A stretch of 64,000 nucleotides of DNA. Source: Chlamydiota bacterium (lineage in GTDB: Bacteria; Chlamydiota; Chlamydiia; Chlamydiales; JAAZZY01). The DNA lies in NCBI GenBank assembly GCA_022601345.1, contig JAJACU010000039.1, forward strand, positions 25,741-89,740, read 5' to 3'. Of this stretch, positions 29,676 to 37,471 are shown one piece after another (the stretch's first letter is position 1; each line of letters opens with the position of its first letter). The notes under the pieces were generated by a model. It was given only the letters and a program-made list of their open reading frames with translations, was not told the origin of the DNA and made no database searches. The translations under genes and the position numbers were made by a program.

Positions 29676-30504
29676 GTTTGATCAAAAGGTAATTTGGATA
29701 ACAGGTGCATCAGGAGGGCTTGGTAGAGAGCTTGCTATTGCACTTGCTCAATACAATGTGCGAATTATCCTTTCTTCACGCCAAGAAGATAAGCTAAGAG
29801 AAACGCAAAGGCTTGCAAATCTTCCTCCCGAAAGATGCTTGATTCTTCCAATGGACCTTACTTCTATTAAAGAAGAACAAATTAAAATGATTGGAGATCG
29901 CATTCTTCTTAAATTTGGAAAATTAGATTTACTTATTCACAATGCTTCGCTTTCACAACGCTCAATGGCTCACCAAACAGTTGATGAAGTCGACCGAAAA
30001 ATTATGGAAACCAATTTTTTTGGTCCAGTGCGCCTTACCAAATATATTTTACCCACACTACTTAAATCCAGCGATCCAAAAATTATTGTTATAAGTAGTC
30101 TTGCAGGTAAATTTGGAGTTCCTTTGCGCTCAACTTATTGTGCTGCTAAACATGCTCTGCATGGTTTTTTCGATGCTATGAAAATGGAATTGCACAAAAA
30201 AATAAAAGTTACTTTCTTTGTTTTAGGCGGAGTAAAAACAGAGTCTGCAATGCACGCTCTTAATGCAGACGGTACCATTCACAATCAGCTTGATCTTTGG
30301 CATGAGCGTAATATGCCTGCTGATAAGTGTGCTAAAGAAATTATCCAAAAGCTTCATAGCAACCGTGATGAATGGGTTATTGGACGAGTTGAAAAGTTTG
30401 GACTTTGGTTAAAGTTGCACTTCCCTACTCTTCACAAGAAAGTTTTATTTAGTTTTTATGCAAAAGATAAAGAAAATCTCGATCAAGAGCCTTCAATAGA
30501 TTGA
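29659..30504 (+). CDS. classical short-chain dehydrogenase/reductase (3-keto reductase candidate)
   Basis: TGASGGLGRELA (cofactor motif), NASL, and catalytic S...YCAAK. The track ORF starts at 29578. The ATG at 29659 (or 29641) gives a normal SDR N-terminus and overlaps the upstream stop (29673..29675). Confidence 0.85.
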   Translation: MQLANKFDQKVIWITGASGGLGRELAIALAQYNVRIILSSRQEDKLRETQRLANLPPERCLILPMDLTSIKEEQIKMIGDRILLKFGKLDLLIHNASLSQRSMAHQTVDEVDRKIMETNFFGPVRLTKYILPTLLKSSDPKIIVISSLAGKFGVPLRSTYCAAKHALHGFFDAMKMELHKKIKVTFFVLGGVKTESAMHALNADGTIHNQLDLWHERNMPADKCAKEIIQKLHSNRDEWVIGRVEKFGLWLKLHFPTLHKKVLFSFYAKDKENLDQEPSID

Positions 30505-31172
30505 TTTTCAACATCTGCAACAGCCGTCACTTCTTCCTCTGAATTTTTTTCCTTTACTCCACCTAAAAGATAAGTCACCACATAGGTGTTGGCAACCCAG
30601 AAATAGCCAATAGGAACAATAATAATAAAATAGTATTTACCAAGAACCTCCATAAATGGAGCTGGCTCTTTAAGATAAAGAATATTTTGATTTAAGAATC
30701 TGTTATAGAAATACATGACGCCGCAATAGGCTAAGAACCCAAAAACAGCTGTATAGCATGACCATCTAGAAATACGCCTGCCTTCAACACGAATAAAATA
30801 AATTGACATTACAAGTGGAGCAATATGCTTGATCCAGTAAGCTACCCAAATAACTGGTAGATCTTTGATCATCAACGAATATGGATTTTTTGGCATTAAG
30901 CAGATAAAGAAACACCCTATCCAAGTAAAGAAAAAGTAGAGATCAAAAACTTTTTGCTTAAACTTGAACAGCAAAAAAATGTTCATAAAAACAGCAACGT
31001 TGCACAGCCAAGCAATCTGAGCTGGTTCTCTAAATATGATGTCATAGACGCAAAGCATCTGAGAAGCTATAAGAGAGCCTCCCAGGATCCAATAGATGCG
31101 GACTTTGCGTATTGATAAAACAAGTGTAAGAACTGCATAACCAAGTACAATTGCAACAGGTAGGTAGCCCAT
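30483..31172 (-). CDS. 7-TM integral membrane protein of unknown function
   Basis: 229 aa with seven hydrophobic helices and an acidic C-terminal tail. GGAG lies upstream of the start. Its 3' end overlaps the 3' end of the SDR gene by 22 nt (convergent). Confidence 0.6.
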   Translation of the reverse strand: MGYLPVAIVLGYAVLTLVLSIRKVRIYWILGGSLIASQMLCVYDIIFREPAQIAWLCNVAVFMNIFLLFKFKQKVFDLYFFFTWIGCFFICLMPKNPYSLMIKDLPVIWVAYWIKHIAPLVMSIYFIRVEGRRISRWSCYTAVFGFLAYCGVMYFYNRFLNQNILYLKEPAPFMEVLGKYYFIIIVPIGYFWVANTYVVTYLLGGVKEKNSEEEVTAVADVENQSIEGS

Positions 31173-31423
31173 TAGATGTTTCTCCTTTTTTTTATGGATT
31201 AATCCATTATGAAGGAGAAGTCAAGTAAATTTATGGGCCTCTAGAGGTAAATGGCCCAGTTTTATGCAACAGCACTTTGAATCATAGGGTCAGCCAGCTT
31301 GTTGTCTTTTGAACTACTTTTCTTATTTGCCAAACTGTTGAGCCTTTTAGCAAGATCTCTTCAAGTAAATTTTATCTGTTTGATCAAAAACTTTATAAAA
31401 GGTGACTATATATCCAAAATAAA

Positions 31424-31951
31424 CTAGAGAGCTAATGCCTTTGCCAGCAACGAAAGTCTTTCAAGAATCTCTTTTTCAGAGAGCTCACTTATATCTAGAA
31501 TATGATCTGCAAGCCCCTCATATATAGGTAGGCGCTCATTATACATCCTTTCAAAAGTCTCTTCAAAGTTATCTGGGTCTAAAAAACTCGGGATCCTGCC
31601 TTTCTTTAAATTTTGCCTCGTAATCTCTTTATCTTGAAATAAATAAACAATTGTCCCCTGAGCCTTTAGCCATCGAGCAGATTCTGGGTTTAAAACTGTG
31701 CCGCCGCCGACTGCTAGAACTCGCTCTCTTTGCTCTAGCTGATATAGCACTTCTTTTTCAAGAAGTCTAAATTTTTTATCCCCTATTGCTACCTGAACTT
31801 GGTGAACAGCCTTGCGCTTTTGAGTTTGTTTAAAGTAAGCCTCTATAACTAGATGGTCACTATCAACAAAGTCACAGTGAAGTTTATTAGCAAGCTTTTG
31901 GCCATAGGTTGTTTTACCGACTCTTTTAAAGCCTATTAAGATAATGCTCAT
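31424..31951 (-). CDS. aroK: shikimate kinase
   Basis: P-loop IGFKRVGKTTYG, DSD, GGG. 175 aa. 4-nt overlap with aroA. Confidence 0.88.
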   Translation of the reverse strand: MSIILIGFKRVGKTTYGQKLANKLHCDFVDSDHLVIEAYFKQTQKRKAVHQVQVAIGDKKFRLLEKEVLYQLEQRERVLAVGGGTVLNPESARWLKAQGTIVYLFQDKEITRQNLKKGRIPSFLDPDNFEETFERMYNERLPIYEGLADHILDISELSEKEILERLSLLAKALAL

Positions 31952-33228
31952 ACAACCTCAATCTTAGCACCAAGCTTTTGCATGTCATCAATAAATGTGG
32001 GGTAGCTCTTAGAAATACAATCAACGCTAAGAATCTTACTAGGCCCATCAGCATGAAGGGCAGCAATGATCAAAGACATCGCCATGCGATGATCATGATA
32101 AGTTTTTAAAGTGCACCCATGAAGTTTTGAGGGTTCTATAACAAGACCATCAGGTTTCTCTGTCATTTTCGCTCCCATTTTTTTTAATTCACAAGCAATA
32201 GCGCTAATGCGATCAGACTCCTTTTTACGAGCAATTGCAGCATTAGTTATATGGGTTTCATTTTTTGCAAAGCAGCCTACAACAGATAAAATGGTAATCG
32301 CATCTATATAATCATTAATATCAAGTTTATGTCCTTTCAAAAAGCGACCTTGAACACTTAACTTGCGCAACTTTTCATCATAAAAGATTTGAGCACCCAT
32401 CAACTTAAAGGTATCAAAGATCTTTTTGTCTCCTTGAGGATCTTGCATATCTATATTGTTTAGTACTATTTTAGATTCACTAAGAAGAGCCGCTGCAGCG
32501 GGAAATGCTGCAGATGAAAAATCTGCTGCAACAGTATAGTCAAATGCTTTTATAAATCTCTTGCCTGTGACTTTATATCTTTTATATTGATCATTCTCAT
32601 AGGGAACATTAAGTTTATCAAGCCAGTAGAGCGTAAGATCAATCCAAGGTTTTTCACCCGGATTATTAACAGAAATAGTTGTCTCGCCTTCTAAAAAAGC
32701 GCTGAGCATCAACAGACCAGAAACAGGTTGTGAGTCCTGGCCGCAAATCAGTGCAGCTCCTGGCTTACAAGGTCCTTTTATACTAATAGGAGCGCAATCG
32801 TTATTTTTCAAAGAAGCAGCATGTGCTCCAAGCTGCTTTAGAGCCTCTAACAAAGGTTTTACCGGCCTGCGCTTCTGTATAGAGTCATCGCCAGTAAGAA
32901 GGGTTTCACCTTCTCCTAATGCAGCTAGAGCTCCAATAAATCTAAGAATTTGACCTGAATTTCCAGAGTCAATTTCAAGTTGTGGGCTGTGGAATTTTCC
33001 AGCTGTTCCACGAATAAATAAATCATCTCCTTTTTCATCGATCTCTGCACCAAATTGACGACAAGCTGCAATTGCCCCGTGAACATCAGGAGAGTCGAGT
33101 CTTTTATAGATACGACTTGTTCCTTGCGCTAGAGATGCAAAAATAATTGCTCGAATAGAATGTGATTTTGATGACGGAATACTGGCTATGCCTGATAATT
33201 TAGAGGGATGTACAATAAGGTCTGTCAT
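31948..33228 (-). CDS. aroA: 3-phosphoshikimate 1-carboxyvinyltransferase (EPSP synthase)
   Basis: PSSKSHSIRA, GNSGQ, DHRMAMS. The track ORF extends to 33342. The internal ATG at 33228 (MTDLIVHPSK...) shares a TGATG overlap with the aroDE stop and gives a normal N-terminus. Confidence 0.9.
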   Translation of the reverse strand: MTDLIVHPSKLSGIASIPSSKSHSIRAIIFASLAQGTSRIYKRLDSPDVHGAIAACRQFGAEIDEKGDDLFIRGTAGKFHSPQLEIDSGNSGQILRFIGALAALGEGETLLTGDDSIQKRRPVKPLLEALKQLGAHAASLKNNDCAPISIKGPCKPGAALICGQDSQPVSGLLMLSAFLEGETTISVNNPGEKPWIDLTLYWLDKLNVPYENDQYKRYKVTGKRFIKAFDYTVAADFSSAAFPAAAALLSESKIVLNNIDMQDPQGDKKIFDTFKLMGAQIFYDEKLRKLSVQGRFLKGHKLDINDYIDAITILSVVGCFAKNETHITNAAIARKKESDRISAIACELKKMGAKMTEKPDGLVIEPSKLHGCTLKTYHDHRMAMSLIIAALHADGPSKILSVDCISKSYPTFIDDMQKLGAKIEVV

Positions 33229-34679
33229 CAAAACTTTTTTTTCATTTTTTCTTTTGCAGCTGAAGCCTCTAAGCCATGCCAAAGGCGAAATTGCAACGCT
33301 GCTTGGTCCACCCAAAAGTCTACACCATTGTAGGCAACACACTTTTTTTCTTTGGCAGATTGTATAAGCTTTGTGTCGTTAAAAACAACATCGAGTACGA
33401 TTTTACCAGGATAAAGAATATCTGATGGAACTAAAGACTCCGTTTTATCTTTCATCCCTACAGATGTAGTATGAATTAAAATGTCATAGTCATTTTTTTT
33501 GATTTTTTTTAGTTCTCCAAAAGATCTCCATTTCGCATGAAACATATTTGCTAAATTTTTAGCTTTTACATCCGTTCTATTCATAAAAGTAACCTTGGCT
33601 CCGGCTTGGTTTAAAACAAACCCAAGGCCGTGGGCCGTTCCTCCAGCTCCCACAATTAGAATCTTTTTATTTTTGACATCACCATGCTGCTCTAATAAAC
33701 TAAGAGAACCAAGCCCATCAGTATTGATTGCAAAGACTTTGTTTTTCTTAAACTGTAGTGAGTTCAAAGATAAAAGATCTTTTTGCATCGAGTCTTTTTG
33801 ATCTACAAAAGAAGCGATCGTTTCTTTGTGAGGAATGGTTACTGAAAGCCCGTAGAACTTCAATTTTTTAGCCAAAGGTATAAAATCCTTTAACTCTTCT
33901 GACTCGAGCTCAAAATTTAGATAAATACTATCAATATCATTTTGTGCAAAAATGGAGTTATAAACTCTTTGCCCAGGGCTTTGTGATAGAGGAGTTCCAA
34001 TAATACCTAAGACTTTAGTACTTGAACTAAGCTTTGGATATCTATAAAGGTCTACCATTGTATCTAACGCTACTTGTCCACTGGCAAGTGAATCACATTC
34101 ATTTAAGCAAGCATACGTAATAGGTTGGTTATAAACAGGCGCTAAGACTCGCGAGATATACCCTCTATTTCCCATGCTTATGCCAATAAAATCTTTGTAT
34201 CTTTTCATTAAAAGAAGCATTTTCATTGCGTCTATTACTGATGTAGAAAAACAAGCAACCTTATACTTCCAGGCTTTAACCTTTTTCATTTGCTTAAGCT
34301 TTTTCTCAACATCAATTGAAGCGCCTTTGAATTTATGAAAAGATAAAATGATGCTGGTTTTAGGAGATTTTGATTTAGCGTAGCTCAAAAGATCTTTATC
34401 TCTCTCAAACTCTAGATCGAGGTAGGCAGGTTTTAAATCGATGATCTCTTTCAATACTTTGCGTCGATTTGCAACGGTTTGAGCCCCTTTGCCACCCTCT
34501 GCTTTAGATCTAAGCGTGAGTAAAATAGGATATGTGCAGATTAACTTTTCTATCTTAGGAATTGAAATATCATCTAAAAAATCTAACCTAAGCTCAACAA
34601 CATCTGCTTTTTTTAAAATTTTAGGAATATGCTTTCTACAATCTGAAAGGGTATTTTCACCAACTGGAACTATAATCAT
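33228..34679 (-). CDS. aroDE: bifunctional 3-dehydroquinate dehydratase / shikimate dehydrogenase
   Basis: N-terminal type I DHQase-like half (VELRLDFL, ILSFH), and a C-terminal AroE half (GIIGTPLSQSPGQRVYN, SVTIPHK, NTDG, GAGGTA). Confidence 0.86.
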   Translation of the reverse strand: MIIVPVGENTLSDCRKHIPKILKKADVVELRLDFLDDISIPKIEKLICTYPILLTLRSKAEGGKGAQTVANRRKVLKEIIDLKPAYLDLEFERDKDLLSYAKSKSPKTSIILSFHKFKGASIDVEKKLKQMKKVKAWKYKVACFSTSVIDAMKMLLLMKRYKDFIGISMGNRGYISRVLAPVYNQPITYACLNECDSLASGQVALDTMVDLYRYPKLSSSTKVLGIIGTPLSQSPGQRVYNSIFAQNDIDSIYLNFELESEELKDFIPLAKKLKFYGLSVTIPHKETIASFVDQKDSMQKDLLSLNSLQFKKNKVFAINTDGLGSLSLLEQHGDVKNKKILIVGAGGTAHGLGFVLNQAGAKVTFMNRTDVKAKNLANMFHAKWRSFGELKKIKKNDYDILIHTTSVGMKDKTESLVPSDILYPGKIVLDVVFNDTKLIQSAKEKKCVAYNGVDFWVDQAALQFRLWHGLEASAAKEKMKKKF

Positions 34680-35764
34680 TTATTTCCTATTTCTTGAATA
34701 AATTTAAGTGCATTTCTAACAACATCAATTTCAATGGGCATGCAATATTCACTTGAGCAGTCGTGAACTTTTCCAATTCCTTCTAACATGACAAACCGAG
34801 CTGTTTTATCTTTGGATTTTTTATCTAGAATCATTAAATCAATAACTTGATTCACATCAAAGCTTGTTTGCTTAGTAAATGGCAGTAGAAACTCTGTCAT
34901 TTCATGGAAATCATGCCTTGGAAGTATTTCTAGTTCACAAGACATAAATCCTTCTGCAATCATGCCAATGGCCACAGCCTCACCATGAGACATCTGGTAG
35001 TCAAAAAAACGCTCTAAAGCATGACCGACTGTATGCCCAAAATTTAAGATGCGGCGAATTCCGCTTTTTTCTTCAAAGTCTTGCTTTACAACTTCTAGTT
35101 TAATTTGGCAGCACCTATGAATCATTTCTTCGAGCTGGCTATCAAGAGGCATGCCGTTTTTGTAATAAGTAATAAGCTGCATAAAAAGCTTCTCATCATA
35201 AATAAGAGCTGTTTTGATTAATTCGACAAGGCCTTCTTTTATTTCTTTTTGTGGCAAAGTCTTTAAAAGTCCAAAATCAATAACCACAGATTCAGGCAGA
35301 TAAAAAGCTCCCACTAAATTCTTGCCATAAGGGGTATTTACCCCTGTCTTTCCTCCAAGAGCCGCGTCAACCATACCTAGTAAAGATGTAGGCACTGATA
35401 TGAATGGAACTCCCCGACAGTAGGTTGCTGCTATAAAACCAGAGAGATCGGTGGTAACTCCCCCACCTATACCAATAACGGTTGTGTCTCTTCCAAGGCC
35501 TTGACTTAGCATTTGATCTTCAATGGCTTCTTTATTGGCCCTACATTTTGAGGCTTCTCCAGGAGTAAATGTAAACAAGTGGGCCTCAACTGAAGATTTT
35601 TGAAGTAACCTTAAAAGTTTTTCCCCATAGAGCTCAGCGATATGATGATCGCAAACAATAGTTGCTACTTGAGTTTTACAGGCTTCTACAATTAAGTTTG
35701 TGTCGACTAAATCTCGACCCAAAACAATAGAGCTATTTTTGAAATTTATAATTTGTGTATGCAT
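34676..35764 (-). CDS. aroB: 3-dehydroquinate synthase
   Basis: GIGGGVTTDLSGFIAATYCRGVPFISVPTSLL, GGKTGVN, HTVGHALE. Confidence 0.9.
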   Translation of the reverse strand: MHTQIINFKNSSIVLGRDLVDTNLIVEACKTQVATIVCDHHIAELYGEKLLRLLQKSSVEAHLFTFTPGEASKCRANKEAIEDQMLSQGLGRDTTVIGIGGGVTTDLSGFIAATYCRGVPFISVPTSLLGMVDAALGGKTGVNTPYGKNLVGAFYLPESVVIDFGLLKTLPQKEIKEGLVELIKTALIYDEKLFMQLITYYKNGMPLDSQLEEMIHRCCQIKLEVVKQDFEEKSGIRRILNFGHTVGHALERFFDYQMSHGEAVAIGMIAEGFMSCELEILPRHDFHEMTEFLLPFTKQTSFDVNQVIDLMILDKKSKDKTARFVMLEGIGKVHDCSSEYCMPIEIDVVRNALKFIQEIGNK

Positions 35765-35925
35765 ACCTTTGGAAGGTATAACTTACTAATAATTTTTTCA
35801 ACTATTTTGAACTTGTAAGGCAACTTTTAAATCCAAAAGTCACCTTGTAAGAAATCTTGAAGCTACCAAGTTTTCAAGTTAATCAGCTCGCGAATAACCC
35901 CTGTGTCCTTTAACCAAACACAAAG

Positions 35926-37356
35926 TTAAAGCCCAAAGAAAAGACTACCAAGACCCCAAGAAATCAAAAAGTAGATCATCATAGAGAAGATGTCATTGAA
36001 AGCTGTAACAATAGGGCCTGAGGCAATTGCAGGATCAACACCCATTTTAGAGAAGAATAAAGGAGAAAAGACTCCTAGTAGCGTCCCTACCATGCAAGCT
36101 CCCATTAAACCTGCGCATACAATGATCCCAATAATTACAGGATTTACAGCAATATGAGATGGAGCAGAAATATCTAAAAGAAAAACAAGGAGCCCTGATA
36201 GTACTCCAAAGAAAAGGCCCATACAAAGACCAATAATCAACTCGTGCCTAACCGCCTCTCGAGTTCCTTTATTTGATAAAAGTCCAGTTGCCATACCTCT
36301 CACAAGAACCGTGCTACATTGAATGCCAATATTGCCTGACATTCCGGTAATTAAAGGAACAAAAAAGAAGACAAAAGCAAGCAATACCCCTTCATAGCTA
36401 TCAAAAAATGCCATACAAAAAGCATTTACAAGCCCAGCGATAAGAGTGACCAAAAGCCAAGGAGCTCTTGCAACTAACTTCCTCCATACAGGTTCATACT
36501 CACCAATAGATTCGTTAGTCCCCCCCATGTGGGCAATTGTTTCATCTGCAATATCTTCTAGAGCCTCTACTACGTCTTCATAGCAAATAACTCCCATCAG
36601 CTTGCTCTCACTATCTAAGACAGGTAGTGCGGGAATTTTATAACGCTCGACAACATCAACAACTTCCTCGCGCTGAGCCTCAGGTCCAACACTATGAGAG
36701 ATAGAGCGCATAACTTGCTTTAAGGCAAGTGTAGGAGGGTTAATAATTAAGTTGCGATCGGGAACATATCCTTGAAGTTGACCTTTATCATTTTGAACAA
36801 ATATACGCCGGGTCATTTCTATATGTGGATGCTCTCTGATATATTCAGAAACTTCGCCAATAGTTGTATCCATCGAGAAGACAAAAAAGTCATTGACCAT
36901 CATACGTTGAGCTGTGTGGCAATCTTTAGAACGCAGATTGAGCATCTTTTGAGCTTTTTTGGAGTCTAAGAGCTTAAGTAATCTTCGGAATTTGCGATCT
37001 GATACATTATCAAGCACCCAAACAGCTTCATCCGTAGGCATTTTGTTAATAAACTCCACGATTGCCGCGTCATCAAGGTGTCGCAGAATATGGGCAACAA
37101 CTGTCTCTTGTGCATTAATTAGAAAAGGAGCCTTCTCACTTCCACTTAGATTTTCAAACAAAACTAAACAAGCTGCAAGTGGCATACGTGAGGCTGCATA
37201 AGCCAAATCAATTGCATTGTGCTCGCTTGCAATTTTGGCCATCTCATGAACTTGGACTTCATAGGTTAATTGATGAAGAGCACGCTCAAGTTTTTCTTTG
37301 AGAATATCGTCAACTGTAGAAGTCTTTGCATCTCTATCTGTTAAAAGATCGCTCAT
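35926..37356 (-). CDS. mgtE: magnesium transporter MgtE
   Basis: N-terminal MgtE domain, tandem CBS region, and a C-terminal 5-TM domain with GNIGIQ and PIVTAFNDI. Confidence 0.9.
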   Translation of the reverse strand: MSDLLTDRDAKTSTVDDILKEKLERALHQLTYEVQVHEMAKIASEHNAIDLAYAASRMPLAACLVLFENLSGSEKAPFLINAQETVVAHILRHLDDAAIVEFINKMPTDEAVWVLDNVSDRKFRRLLKLLDSKKAQKMLNLRSKDCHTAQRMMVNDFFVFSMDTTIGEVSEYIREHPHIEMTRRIFVQNDKGQLQGYVPDRNLIINPPTLALKQVMRSISHSVGPEAQREEVVDVVERYKIPALPVLDSESKLMGVICYEDVVEALEDIADETIAHMGGTNESIGEYEPVWRKLVARAPWLLVTLIAGLVNAFCMAFFDSYEGVLLAFVFFFVPLITGMSGNIGIQCSTVLVRGMATGLLSNKGTREAVRHELIIGLCMGLFFGVLSGLLVFLLDISAPSHIAVNPVIIGIIVCAGLMGACMVGTLLGVFSPLFFSKMGVDPAIASGPIVTAFNDIFSMMIYFLISWGLGSLFFGL

Positions 37357-37471
37357 GCCACATCCTTGAATCGATTAATGCAAAAATTTTAGTATGATTT
37401 GGATAAAAAATCAACTCAAATTAAAGGTGTGAATTATCAGGAATAAATAATTTTTTAACAATAATCAAAAA

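Noticed and set aside
31195-31208. 14-bp perfect palindrome ATGGATTAATCCAT, upstream of the 7-TM gene start
   Set aside because: It is not followed by a T-tract on either relevant strand, so it is not a terminator. Palindromes of this length are expected by chance several times in AT-rich DNA of this size. There is no supporting evidence for an operator.
33229-33342. N-terminal extensions in the ORF track. The aroA extension is at 33229..33342. The same applies to menB 12407, SDR 29578, maf 53708 (TTG), tsaD 62858, orphan 20927..21007, trpE 25741 and orphan 41449.
   Set aside because: Internal ATGs give canonical family N-termini and/or sit behind SD sequences or in ATGA/TGATG coupling with the upstream stop. 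The extensions overlap upstream genes and look non-protein-like (for example MCCLQWCRLLGG...).
37357-37471. Possible M-box (Mg2+) riboswitch in front of mgtE
   Set aside because: Only about 115 nt of AT-rich spacer is available and I see none of the conserved M-box helices or GC-rich cores. mgtE may also be co-transcribed with the upstream TPR gene.
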